A stretch of 42,142 bases of DNA from Thermoanaerobaculia bacterium (GTDB lineage Bacteria; Acidobacteriota; Thermoanaerobaculia; UBA5066; Gp7-AA6): contig DATFWF010000056.1 of the NCBI GenBank assembly GCA_035259605.1, positions 1 through 42,142 on the forward strand, given 5' to 3'. A model generated the notes under the pieces. The model did not search any database. It worked only from the letters and a program-made list of their open reading frames with translations, and was not told where the DNA came from. Within the stretch, counting starts at the first letter, position 1. Every line of letters begins with the position of its first letter. Of the stretch, positions 1 to 8,728 are shown in pieces. The position numbers and the translations under genes are program-made.

Positions 1-1
1 C

Positions 2-268
2 CAGTGCGGGAGCGGCCACATCTTTTCGCAGCGAGCCAGTTCGCGGGGGCCGGGCCTGTCCTGCCATTTCCAGCCGATGCGGTACGGCCCGGAGGAGCTG
101 GTGCGGCGAGTGGCGAAGATCCGGCGGGACTTCTACACGCACGGGTCCGCGCTGCGGCGGCTGCCGATTCCGCGCAGCCAGTCGCACCTGGCCGCCTGGA
201 ACCTCCACTTCCTCCAGAAGAAGGTCGCCAACAACCTCGATTCGATGAGGGACTTCACCGAGTTTTGA
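2..268 (+). CDS. 3' end of a gene cut by the window edge. Product not identifiable; the tail is weakly reminiscent of the C-terminal extension of B12-binding radical SAM enzymes.
   Basis: Frame 2 is open from the first base to TGA 266-268 with G/C-rich third positions. The tail reads ...RYGPEELVRRVAKIRRDFYTHGSALRRL...DSMRDFTEF. Track ORF 77..268 is the Met-started part of it. Confidence 0.5.
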   Translation, partial: QCGSGHIFSQRASSRGPGLSCHFQPMRYGPEELVRRVAKIRRDFYTHGSALRRLPIPRSQSHLAAWNLHFLQKKVANNLDSMRDFTEF

Positions 269-294
269 GTCGCCCGGCCCGTTTCCGTTATAGT
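265..294 (+). promoter_or_regulatory. Candidate sigma70-type promoter for the 391..1059 gene
   Basis: TTGAGT (265-270), an 18-nt spacer, then TATAGT (289-294), in the only AT-richer patch of the 269-390 intergenic region. Confidence 0.3.
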
Positions 295-390
295 GGATTC
301 CAGTCGAGGGCAGCTGCAAGACCCGGCGCTCTCGTTCGGGCCGGCTCCCGAAGCTTAAGAGCAGCATCTCTCGAGGCGGAAGGAGGGGTT

Positions 391-1059
391 ATGTTTCGGA
401 AGCTTCTTTGCGGCGCGGCGTTCCTCGGCGGAATCCTCTTCCCGGCATGGGCGCGGGCGGCGGCCATCGCACTTCCCGGCGGGACTCTGACCATTCCCGG
501 AACCTCGACCACGGGAACATCCTTCACGTACAGCGGAACCCTGACCCAGAACGACACGATCGCGTTCACGCAGACCGGAAATCCCTGCCTCCAGACCGCC
601 GGGACCGGCTACTGCACCAACGGCGCCGGCGTCCTGACGGTCGCGGCGACCGTGGGCGTTACCCCGGTCGGCGGATCCTCGTCATTCTCGGGTCCGGCCG
701 GCGTCATTCCCGCGGGCACCTGGACGTACGGCTCGCTGCTGATGACGGTTTCCGGTGTCGGCACGGTCCAGGTCTTTCCGACCAACGCCGGCAACGGACT
801 GGGCAGCTCGAGCCCTCCCCCGAGTCTCACCCGTTTCTCGACGACGCTCTCCGCGCTCGGATTCCCGGCCTTCTCGACCACCAATCCGACGATCAGCTTC
901 ATCGTGGCCGACACGTTCTTTGGAGACAACAGCGGGCAGTTCGTCCTGAGCCAGGTTCAACCGGCCAACGTCCCGACTCTCGGACAGCGGGGAGTCATCG
1001 GTCTGGCGGTCCTCCTCGGGATCCTCGGGCTGATGATGCTCAAGCGTCTGGCCGGCTGA
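391..1059 (+). CDS. Secreted Thr/Gly/Ser-rich protein with an IPTL-CTERM-like (exosortase-type) C-terminal sorting signal
   Basis: ATG 391 follows GGAAGGAGGGG (378-388). Signal peptide MFRKLLCGAAFLGGILFPAWARAAA. The C-terminus VPTLGQRGVIGLAVLLGILGLMMLKRLAG is an xPTL motif plus a TM helix plus a basic tail. Track ORF 4..1059 over-extends the 5' end. Confidence 0.75.
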   Translation: MFRKLLCGAAFLGGILFPAWARAAAIALPGGTLTIPGTSTTGTSFTYSGTLTQNDTIAFTQTGNPCLQTAGTGYCTNGAGVLTVAATVGVTPVGGSSSFSGPAGVIPAGTWTYGSLLMTVSGVGTVQVFPTNAGNGLGSSSPPPSLTRFSTTLSALGFPAFSTTNPTISFIVADTFFGDNSGQFVLSQVQPANVPTLGQRGVIGLAVLLGILGLMMLKRLAG

Positions 1060-1084
1060 GCCGGGTCGAACCCGGGGCGGAGCG

Positions 1085-1489
1085 TCAGGATCCGCGCGCC
1101 GCCTCCGGGTCTTCCTCCGGGCCCGACCGCATCAGGAGAACGGTGATCCGAAACGCGTAAGCCGCCAGGATCGACAGGACGGCGACGGTGTAGGCGAGCT
1201 GGCGGCCGTGCCAGAGGCTGTCGAACCAGTCCCGGAACTCGGCCATGATCACGTTGGCTCTCCCGCCGAAGACCTCCAGCTCGTGCCGGTACGCCTTGTT
1301 CTGGAGCGGGTCGTAGCCGAGGGGGTTCTGCGGGGGAGGCCCCGCCGTGATGTAGAGAATCGCCGCGGCGGCGAAACCCGCCGCCACGATGCCCCGCGTC
1401 GCCGCGCGGAGGCGCTCGTCGGGGGTCCACCGGCGGCGCTTGCGGCGCGGGTATTCGAGGATCCTGGCGCGATGCTCGGGTGATCCCAT
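1085..1489 (-). CDS. Small membrane protein of unknown function (two predicted TM helices)
   Basis: 134-aa ORF with coding-like GC3. AGAAGG lies 5 nt upstream of the ATG. Hydrophobic stretches GIVAAGFAAAAILYITAG and LAYTVAVLSILAAYAFRITVLL. It lies 49 nt downstream of the Spy/CpxP-like gene on the same strand. Confidence 0.55.
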   Translation of the reverse strand: MGSPEHRARILEYPRRKRRRWTPDERLRAATRGIVAAGFAAAAILYITAGPPPQNPLGYDPLQNKAYRHELEVFGGRANVIMAEFRDWFDSLWHGRQLAYTVAVLSILAAYAFRITVLLMRSGPEEDPEAARGS

Positions 1490-1538
1490 CCGGACCTTCT
1501 CTGAAGCGGGGGACCTGCGGCCCCCCGAGCCCCCTAGC

Positions 1539-2162
1539 TTAGCTCCGCGCGTATCCCCGGAGCTCGTCGTAACGGGCGACCTGCTCGGCGGTCAGGATCC
1601 GCTTCGTGGCCAGGTGCGCCTTCAGATGCGCGGCACGCAGCTCCGCCTGGAGCGACGCGATCTCCGAGGTGAGCCGGCGCAGCGTCTTCTCGTCGATCGA
1701 CCCGGAGGCGAACCCCGAGTCGAGCGCCTTCTCCTTCTCGATGATCTTTCCGCCGAGCACGACCGCATCCTCGTGCATCCGGCGGAAGACGGCCTGGAGC
1801 TCCGCCTTCTGGGAATCGGTGACCTTCAGATCCGCTGCCAGATCCAGGACGTGGCGCGGGCCGGGGTAGTGGTTGAGCTCCGCCGGTTTCGCCATCCCCA
1901 TTCCCGTGCCGTCGCGGTAGGCCTGCATCTCCTCGGCGGAAAGCGCCTTGACCTCGGAGCCCTCCTTGCCGGCATAGGGGCTCATGACGTGCCCCGCGTG
2001 CTGGTGCTGCGCCTGGGGGTCCGGCGCCGGCGCCGGAGACGCCTGCGCGTCGGAGTGCCCGGCGTGCATGGGGCAATCGGCGGGATTGGTCTGGGCAAGC
2101 GCGGATGCCGGGGCGAGGACGAGGATCAGGGAAAGCAGTCGGACGCTGGACTTCATCTCCAT
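1539..2162 (-). CDS. Spy/CpxP-family periplasmic protein with a His/Met/Cys-rich N-terminal region
   Basis: Signal peptide M(EM)KSSVRLLSLILVLAPASALA. LTxxQ-like motifs KVTDSQKAELQ and ILTAEQVARYDELRG. Metal-ligand-rich CPMHAGH and HQHAGHVM. GAGGAGGA lies directly upstream, so the second ATG at 2156 has the better spacing and may be the true start. Confidence 0.7.
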   Translation of the reverse strand: MEMKSSVRLLSLILVLAPASALAQTNPADCPMHAGHSDAQASPAPAPDPQAQHQHAGHVMSPYAGKEGSEVKALSAEEMQAYRDGTGMGMAKPAELNHYPGPRHVLDLAADLKVTDSQKAELQAVFRRMHEDAVVLGGKIIEKEKALDSGFASGSIDEKTLRRLTSEIASLQAELRAAHLKAHLATKRILTAEQVARYDELRGYARS

Positions 2163-2341
2163 TCCTCCTCTGTGCGTTTCGAAGAGAGCTAACGGGATTG
2201 CCCGGCCGGCTCTTCCATCGGCCGGCAATTTGTTCGGACGCCGGTCCCGCGAAAACCGCGATTCGTCCTCGAGCGGACACGGGTGGTCGCCGCGCTGAAA
2301 CCTTCGTAGAGGCCCTCCGTAGGTCCGCGAGGGAGGTCCGT

Positions 2342-3871
2342 ATGCGCAGGAATCGAAGACTCGGGATCCTGATCGGGGCAATCGCGGCCGTGTCCGTGGC
2401 GGGCGGCTGCGCGAAGAAGGAGGCGCCGGAGGCGTCGTCGCCGTCGAAGGCCCCCGCTGCGGCGCCCACGCCGGCCGGCGGCGGAAAGATTCCCGTCACG
2501 ACGGCCTCGGCCGAGGCGAAGGCCGAGTTTCTCCAGGGCCGCGACAACTTCGAGAAGCTCCTGGTCACCGACTCGATCGCCCATTTCGAGAAGGCGGTCT
2601 CGCTCGATCCGGACTTCGCGTGGGCGGAGCTGGCGCTGGCCAACGCGGCGCCGACCGGAAAGGAGTTCTTCGATCACCTCCACAAGGCGGTCGCGCTGGC
2701 GGACAAGGCCTCCAACGGCGAAAAGCTGATGATCCTCGCCGCCGAGGCGGGGGCCAACGCCAACCCGTCGAAGCAAAAGGAGTACCTCGACGCCCTGGTC
2801 GCCGCGTACCCGAACGACGAGCGCGCGCACTTCAACCTCGGCGGCTACCACTTCGGGCAGCAGGAGTACGACCGGGCGATCGAGCACTACAAGAAGGCCA
2901 CCGAGCTCGAGCCGGGCTATTCCACCGCCTACAACCTGCTCGGCTACTCGTACCGGCAGGCCGCCGATTACGCCTCCGCCGAGAAAGCGTTCCAGAGGTA
3001 CATCGCGTTGATCCCCGGAGACCCCAACCCGTACGACTCCTACGCCGAGCTCCTCCTGAAAATGGGGCGCTTCGACGATTCGATCGCCCAGTACCGCAAG
3101 GCGCTGGAGATCCAGCCCAGCTTCCTGAATGCCCACCAGGGCATCGCCATGGCGCTCCTCTACTCGGGCAAGCCCGCGGAGGCGGAGAAGGAGCTGGACA
3201 ACATCGCGAAGAAGGCGCGCACCGACGCGGAGCGCCGCACAGGCCTCTTCGCCCTGACGGTCGTGCACGCGGACGACGGGAAATTGGCGAAGGCACTCGC
3301 GGACGTGGACAAGCAGTATGAGCTCGGGGAGAAGACCGGCGATGTTCCTGCGATGGCCGGCAACTGCGGGCTCAAGGGAAACATCCTTCTCGAGATAGGC
3401 AAGCCCGACCAGGCCAAGTCGGAATTCGAGAAGGGTTTGAAGCTCATCCAGGCGTCGGGCCTCTCGCAGGGGGTCAAGGACAACGCCGAGCTGAACAGCC
3501 ACAACAACCTTGCCCGCGTGGCGGCGGCGAAGAAGGATTTCGCGGCGGCGAAGAGCGAGGCGGAGATCTTCCGCAAGGGCGCCGAGGCGAAGAAGAACGC
3601 GGCGCAGGTCCGGGCCGCCCACGCGCTCGACGGACAGATCGCGCTCGCCCAGAAGGACTACGACAAGGCGGTCGCCGAGCTCCTCCAGGCCAACCAGCAG
3701 AATCCCCAGGACCTCTACCGCCTCTGCCAGGCCTACCAGGGCAAGGGCGACGTCGAGAAGGCGAGGGACTTCTGCGGGAAGTCCGCGGGCTTCAACTCGC
3801 TGCCGGCGATCAACTACGCCTTCGTCCGACAGAAGGCGAAGAAGGCGGCGGCCGCTTCCGGCGCCGTCTGA
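2342..3871 (+). CDS. TPR-repeat lipoprotein
   Basis: GGGAGG lies 6 nt before ATG 2342. Lipobox-type signal MRRNRRLGILIGAIAAVSVAGGC. Repeated TPR-like A..Y..A/L..P helices run through to the C-terminus, for example EYDRAIEHYKKATELEPGYSTAYNLLGYSY. The track ORF start at 2105 is an over-extension. Confidence 0.8.
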   Translation: MRRNRRLGILIGAIAAVSVAGGCAKKEAPEASSPSKAPAAAPTPAGGGKIPVTTASAEAKAEFLQGRDNFEKLLVTDSIAHFEKAVSLDPDFAWAELALANAAPTGKEFFDHLHKAVALADKASNGEKLMILAAEAGANANPSKQKEYLDALVAAYPNDERAHFNLGGYHFGQQEYDRAIEHYKKATELEPGYSTAYNLLGYSYRQAADYASAEKAFQRYIALIPGDPNPYDSYAELLLKMGRFDDSIAQYRKALEIQPSFLNAHQGIAMALLYSGKPAEAEKELDNIAKKARTDAERRTGLFALTVVHADDGKLAKALADVDKQYELGEKTGDVPAMAGNCGLKGNILLEIGKPDQAKSEFEKGLKLIQASGLSQGVKDNAELNSHNNLARVAAAKKDFAAAKSEAEIFRKGAEAKKNAAQVRAAHALDGQIALAQKDYDKAVAELLQANQQNPQDLYRLCQAYQGKGDVEKARDFCGKSAGFNSLPAINYAFVRQKAKKAAAASGAV

Positions 3872-4066
3872 GGGAGCTCGCCCCGGACGCGGGATCAGGG
3901 CCGGCGAGGCTCGAGGCCTTGGCCGGATGCTGGGCGATTGCGTCGGTGATCATTCCGGTCAGCTGCATGCGGTCCGCCGGGCCGGCCCCCTCCAGGTACC
4001 CGCGCGACGGAGCCGGCGGCGAGGCGGCCCTGATATCGTTTCCCGTCAGACGAGGGAGGCTCGAGG

Positions 4067-5224
4067 ATGGCGCGAGGCATGCGGTCCAGTGCTCGTTTCG
4101 CAGCCGTCTGCGCCATCCTGCTTGCGGGCGCGGGCAGCTTCCTCCTGGGCACCTGCGGGCCATTCACCGACGTTGCGCCCGACGCTTTCTGTCCATTCGT
4201 GCTCGAGATCTTCTATCTGGGCATCACGACGGGGACCACGCCGACGACCTACGATCCGGCGGGCAACGTCACGCGGCTCCAGATGGCGGCGTTCCTGTCC
4301 CGGACGGTGGACGCGACTCTTCGCCGTGGGAGCCGCCGCGCGGCGCTCGGGCAATTCTGGACGGCCATCAGCCCTCCCCTTGTCGGCGTGACGACGCTCG
4401 GATCCACCGACGCCGTCGCCCTGCTGGCGAGCGACGGAACCGACGTCTGGTCCGGCAACAACACTGGAGGCACGATCGCGAGAGTGCGCGCGAGCGATGG
4501 AAAGCTTCTCGACGAGTGGACCGGCGCGATCAACGCATTCGATGTCCTGCCCGCCAGCGGCTACATCATCGCGACCGGGAGGAGCACGCCCTCCGGCAGC
4601 CTCTACCGGATCGATCCGGGTCTTCCCGCGGGCGCCGTCACGACAGTAGCGACCAATCTCGGCGCCAATCCCCAGGGGCTGACCTTCGACGGGACTCGAA
4701 TCTGGACGGCCAATTTCGACGGCTCGCTTTCGATCGTGACTCCGGGCTCTCTTCCGTGGATGGTGACCACGGTCTCCGGTTTCTCCGGCCCCAAAGGCAT
4801 GATCTTCGACGGCTCCAACGTCTGGATGACGGAGGGCAACGCGAACACGCTCCTGAAGCTGGACGCCACGGGCATCGTCCTGCAGACCGTCACGGTCGAT
4901 CCCGGGCCGGTCTACCCGGTTTTCGATGGAGCGAACGTTTGGGTCCCCACCTCCTCGGGACCTACCGTCGCGGTCGTCCGCGCTTCGACGGGCGCGATCC
5001 TGGCGAACCTGACGGGCAATGGGCTGACGGGTCCGGTCGCGGCCGCCTTCGACGGGCAGCGCATCGCCATCACCAACAGTGGGAGCTCCCGCGTCTGCTT
5101 CTGGAAAGCGGCCGACCTCGCGCCCCTGGGCTTCTTCACGGCCGCCGCCAGCCCTCTTTTTGGGATCGCCAGCGACGGGGTCCTCTTCTGGACCGGTTCG
5201 GGAAACCACCTCTTCCGCTTCTGA
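4067..5224 (+). CDS. Secreted protein with one N-terminal SLH-like module and a multi-blade beta-propeller (copy 1 of 2)
   Basis: GAGGGAGG precedes ATG 4067 and a signal peptide follows. The SLH-like module is CGPFTDVAPDAFCPFVLEIFYLGITTGTTPTTYDPAGNVTRLQMAAFLSR (about 4154-4309). It is followed by repeated ~40-aa blades carrying the FDG.n.W motif (LTFDGTRIWTAN, MIFDGSNVWMTE, PVFDGANVWVPT, AAFDGQRIAITN). Paralog at 11379..12560. Confidence 0.8.
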   Translation: MARGMRSSARFAAVCAILLAGAGSFLLGTCGPFTDVAPDAFCPFVLEIFYLGITTGTTPTTYDPAGNVTRLQMAAFLSRTVDATLRRGSRRAALGQFWTAISPPLVGVTTLGSTDAVALLASDGTDVWSGNNTGGTIARVRASDGKLLDEWTGAINAFDVLPASGYIIATGRSTPSGSLYRIDPGLPAGAVTTVATNLGANPQGLTFDGTRIWTANFDGSLSIVTPGSLPWMVTTVSGFSGPKGMIFDGSNVWMTEGNANTLLKLDATGIVLQTVTVDPGPVYPVFDGANVWVPTSSGPTVAVVRASTGAILANLTGNGLTGPVAAAFDGQRIAITNSGSSRVCFWKAADLAPLGFFTAAASPLFGIASDGVLFWTGSGNHLFRF

Positions 5225-6183
5225 TGTTTTCGCTCGGCCTGGCGGATTTCGAGAAGGCGCGCGAGCGCATCGCGGAGCACATCCGGAGGACTCCGCTGCT
5301 GACGTCGCGCCAGCTCTCGGAGCGAAGCGGCTTCGACGCGCGTCTGAAGGCGGAGATGTTTCAGCGGGTCGGGTCGTACAAAATCCGCGGGCCGCTGAAC
5401 AAGTTCGCCCTGATGCCGGAGGAGAAGAAGAGGCGCGGCGTCGTCTGCTCCTCGGCGGGAAACCACGCGCAGGGAGTCGCCCTGGCGGCGAAGATCCACG
5501 GAATCCGCGCGGTCGTCTGCATGGCCGAGAACGCCACGCCGGCCAAGATCGCCGCGACGAAGGGCTACGGGGCCGAGGTCGTCCTGCACGGCCGGATCTG
5601 GGACGAGGCCAACGAGAAGGCGAAGGAGCTCGTGCGGGAGCAGGGGCTGACCTACGTCCACCCCTTCGACGACGAGGAGCTGATCGCGGGGCAGGGAACG
5701 CTGGGCCTGGAAATCGTGCAGGACTGGCCCGAGGTCGAGGCCGTGATCGTCCCGATCGGCGGCGGCGGTCTGATCTCCGGCATCGCCATGGCGGTCAAGT
5801 CCTGGAACCCGAAGATTCGCGTGATCGGCGTCGAGTCCTCCGACGGACCGGCGATGAAGATGAGCGTCGAGGCCGGAAGTCTCCAGACGATCGACTGCAA
5901 GACCATCATCGACGGCCTGCGGGTCCGCCGCGTCGGGGAGATCAACTTCTCCGTAGTTCAGCGCTATGTGGACGACCTCGTGGCGCTTCCCGACCGCGAG
6001 ATCTTCGACGCGATGATCTGGGTGATGGAGCGCTGCAAGCTCGTCGTCGAGGGGGCCGCCGCGGCTCCCGTCGCTGCGCTGCTCCACGGCCTCGTCAAGC
6101 TTCCCGCCGGCTCGAGGGTCGCCGTCGTTCTCTCCGGCGGCAACGTCAACCTCGACCAGCTCCGAGACCTGACCTGGAATTGA
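5224..6183 (+). CDS. PLP-dependent threonine ammonia-lyase (short TdcB/IlvA-like form, no ACT domain)
   Basis: Aligns by eye along its whole length with E. coli TdcB: FQRVGSYKIRGPLNK (the PLP lysine), SSAGNHAQGVA, VPIGGGGLISG, LSGGNV. The ATG overlaps the upstream stop within TGATG (5222-5226). The track ORF 3919..6183 N-terminal part is a shadow. Confidence 0.85.
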   Translation: MFSLGLADFEKARERIAEHIRRTPLLTSRQLSERSGFDARLKAEMFQRVGSYKIRGPLNKFALMPEEKKRRGVVCSSAGNHAQGVALAAKIHGIRAVVCMAENATPAKIAATKGYGAEVVLHGRIWDEANEKAKELVREQGLTYVHPFDDEELIAGQGTLGLEIVQDWPEVEAVIVPIGGGGLISGIAMAVKSWNPKIRVIGVESSDGPAMKMSVEAGSLQTIDCKTIIDGLRVRRVGEINFSVVQRYVDDLVALPDREIFDAMIWVMERCKLVVEGAAAAPVAALLHGLVKLPAGSRVAVVLSGGNVNLDQLRDLTWN

Positions 6184-6208
6184 GGCCGGAGGAAGAAAGA
6201 AGTTCGCG

Positions 6209-8293
6209 ATGCTCCAGATCCTTTCCCTGTGGTTTTTCATCTTTCTTTCGCCGCCGGCGAGTCCGCCCGCGGCTCCGCCGCCCGCCCGGCGCGTCCCCTT
6301 CGAGGAGACGTTTCACGGCGTCACGCTCACGGACCCGTACCACTGGCTGGAGGATTTCGACTCGCCCGAGGCGGCAGACTTCATCTCGGCGCAGGACGAG
6401 TTCGCGCGCGCCGCGCTGGCGCGGGCACCCGGGCAGGAGTTTCTTCGCAAGCGCCTGTCGGAGTTGACGCGGACGGACAACCTTGGCGTCCCCACGGTCG
6501 CCGGCGGCCGGTACTTCTACACGCGGACGCGGGCCGACGCCGACCTGCCCGTCGTCTGCGTTCGCAAGGGGTTCGACGGCCCGGAGGAAGTGCTGCTCGA
6601 TCCGGCGGCGCTCTCGCCGGACCGCTCCGCCAACGCGATCCTTTCGGACGTCTCCCGCGACGGGAAGCTCGCCGCGTACCTCGTCCGCCAGTCGGGCCAG
6701 GACGAGGTCGAAGTTCGAGTCAAAGACGTGGACACGCGGCAGGATCTGCCGGACCGGCTCCCGAAAGCGCTCTACGAGAGAGTCTCGATCCTGCCGGACC
6801 GCTCCGGGTTCTACTACGCGCGCCGCTCCCGCAGCGAAGGGCCGCGGGTCTTCCTCCACCGCATGGGGGCCGATCCTTCCGCCGACGAGGAGATCTTCGG
6901 CAAGGGACTGAAGCCGAGCGTCTTCGTCTCCGCCGACGTTTCCTCCGACGGCCGCTGGCTGATCGTGAACGCGCAGGAGGGGTGGGCGAAGGGAGAGGTC
7001 TGGTATTCCGACCTTCGCAGGAAGCTGCCCCTGCGGTCGCTGACCGAGGGCTTTCCCGACCAGTTTCGCCCCCGGATGGCCGGACCGAACCTCCTCGCGC
7101 TCGAAACGACGTGGAAGGCGCCGCGGGGCCGGGTGCTCCTCGTCAACCTCGAGAGCCCGACGAGGGAGGAGTGGCGGGAGATCGTGCCGGAGGGACCGGA
7201 CGCGATCAGCAATTTCGCGGTCATCGGCGGCCGCGTGTTCGTGTCGTACCTCCACGACGTCCGCCTGAAGGTCGAGATGTTCGGCCTCGACGGAAAGCGC
7301 CTGGGCGAGGTCGCGCTGTCGGGCCCTGTCTCGGGCGGGATCTCCGGGGAATGGGACCACGACGAAGGATTCCTCTCCTACCAGTCCTTCACGTCGCCGG
7401 GAGAGACGTGGGCCTACCGTCCCGCGACCGGAGAGAAGCGGCTCTGGTTCGCGCGCAAGGTGCCGCTGGAGAAGGAAGCCTTCGAGGTCCGGCAGGAGTG
7501 GTTCGCGTCGAAGGACGGCACGCGCGTGCCGATGTACCTCGTGCACAAGAAAGGCCTCAAGCTCGACGGCAAGCGGCCGACGCTCCTGACCGGGTATGGC
7601 GGGTTCAACGTCAGCCAGATGCCGGGCTTCTCGGCGCTCGCGATCCTCTGGGCGGAGCTGGGCGGGGTCTGGGCGCGGCCCAACCTTCGCGGAGGATCCG
7701 AGTTCGGCGAGGAGTGGCACCGCGCCGGGATGCTCGCGAAGAAGCAGAACGTCTTCGACGACTTCCTCGCCGCGGCGGAATGGCTGATTGGTCACAAGGC
7801 GACGAACCCGTCTTTGCTGGCGATCTCCGGCACGAGCAACGGAGGTCTCCTCGTGGGGGCGGCGCTGACCCAGAGGCCCGATCTCTTCAGCGCGGTCTAC
7901 TGCGGGTATCCCGACCTCGACATGGTTCGCTACTTCCGCTACACGAAGAACAACAACGCGCCGGCGCTGCTCGAATACGGTGACGCCTCGAAGGCCGACG
8001 AGTTTCCGTTCCTCCGCTCCTGGTCGCCGTACGAGCGGGTGACCGAGGGAACGAAGTACCCGGCGGTCCTGCTCGCGACCGGAGCCGGCGATACGCGCGT
8101 GCCGCCGCAGCAGGCGGTCAAAATGGCCGCGAAGCTCCAGTGGGCGACGCGCTCGGGACTACCCGTTCTCCTCCGCTTCGACCGGAAGTCGGGCCACGCC
8201 GGCGGCCGCACGCAATCGCAGTTTCTCGCGGATCTCGCCGCGGAGCAGGCCTTCCTCCTCCAGCAGCTCGGCGTCTCCTTGCCGAAGAGTTAA
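6209..8293 (+). CDS. Prolyl oligopeptidase (peptidase family S9A)
   Basis: GGAGGAAG upstream. N-terminal propeller signature DPYHWLED. Catalytic elbow GTSNGGLLVGAALTQRPDLF, then GDTRV and SGHAGG, consistent with a Ser-Asp-His triad. Confidence 0.9.
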   Translation: MLQILSLWFFIFLSPPASPPAAPPPARRVPFEETFHGVTLTDPYHWLEDFDSPEAADFISAQDEFARAALARAPGQEFLRKRLSELTRTDNLGVPTVAGGRYFYTRTRADADLPVVCVRKGFDGPEEVLLDPAALSPDRSANAILSDVSRDGKLAAYLVRQSGQDEVEVRVKDVDTRQDLPDRLPKALYERVSILPDRSGFYYARRSRSEGPRVFLHRMGADPSADEEIFGKGLKPSVFVSADVSSDGRWLIVNAQEGWAKGEVWYSDLRRKLPLRSLTEGFPDQFRPRMAGPNLLALETTWKAPRGRVLLVNLESPTREEWREIVPEGPDAISNFAVIGGRVFVSYLHDVRLKVEMFGLDGKRLGEVALSGPVSGGISGEWDHDEGFLSYQSFTSPGETWAYRPATGEKRLWFARKVPLEKEAFEVRQEWFASKDGTRVPMYLVHKKGLKLDGKRPTLLTGYGGFNVSQMPGFSALAILWAELGGVWARPNLRGGSEFGEEWHRAGMLAKKQNVFDDFLAAAEWLIGHKATNPSLLAISGTSNGGLLVGAALTQRPDLFSAVYCGYPDLDMVRYFRYTKNNNAPALLEYGDASKADEFPFLRSWSPYERVTEGTKYPAVLLATGAGDTRVPPQQAVKMAAKLQWATRSGLPVLLRFDRKSGHAGGRTQSQFLADLAAEQAFLLQQLGVSLPKS

Positions 8294-8724
8294 TCCGAGG
8301 CTCGCAGGAGGCCGGCCTCGCAGGTCCCTTCGACGACCCGCTCGCCCTTCTCGTTCTCGATCCACGCGTCGATCTCCAGCCGATGCTTGCCGCGGTTGAC
8401 CGACCCAACGCGGAAGTGCGCCGTGACGGTGTCGCCCACGTAGACCGGCTTGAGGAACCGGATCGAGAGCGAACGGTAGATCGCGCCGGTGCCGGGCAGG
8501 AGCGTCCCCATGAGGGTCGAGAAGAGCGACGCCGTCATTGTCCCGTGAACGATCCGGCGTCCGAACTGCGATTGCGCCGCGAAATCGTCGTCCACGTGGA
8601 GCGGGTTGGTGTCGCCGCAGATCTCGATGAACCGGCGGAGGTCCTCGTCTGTGAAGGTCTTGGTGATCGTGGCGGTCTGCCCGACTTCGAACTCTTCGAT
8701 CCGGGCGATCCGCGAAACCGGCAA
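8290..8724 (-). CDS. MaoC-like (R)-specific enoyl-CoA hydratase / hot-dog fold dehydratase
   Basis: 144 aa containing FIEICGDTNPLHVDDDFAAQSQFGRRIVHG (the MaoC dehydratase motif). The start lies 4 nt after the stop of the upstream kinase gene. Confidence 0.85.
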   Translation of the reverse strand: MPVSRIARIEEFEVGQTATITKTFTDEDLRRFIEICGDTNPLHVDDDFAAQSQFGRRIVHGTMTASLFSTLMGTLLPGTGAIYRSLSIRFLKPVYVGDTVTAHFRVGSVNRGKHRLEIDAWIENEKGERVVEGTCEAGLLRASD

Positions 8725-8728
8725 GGGG

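Noticed and set aside
1061-1075. Hairpin CCGGGT-CGA-ACCCGG between convergent genes as a bidirectional terminator
   Set aside because: It has only a 6-bp stem and no T- or A-tract on either side, so it is too weak to call.
4067-4160. Lipoprotein (lipobox) interpretation of the Cys in LLGTC / LLGVC at the N-termini of the SLH-propeller paralogs
   Set aside because: Thr or Val at position -1 does not fit the usual [LVI][ASTVI][GAS]C lipobox. The same Cys spacing before FTD[VI] recurs internally in the big proteins (YSCNP....FTDI), so it is more likely a disulfide partner of the downstream FC motif.
3919-5223. N-terminal 435 codons of track ORF 3919..6183
   Set aside because: This part is out of frame with the SLH-propeller gene and has a low-complexity Arg/Gly/Asp composition. 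The recognisable threonine dehydratase begins only at ATG 5224.
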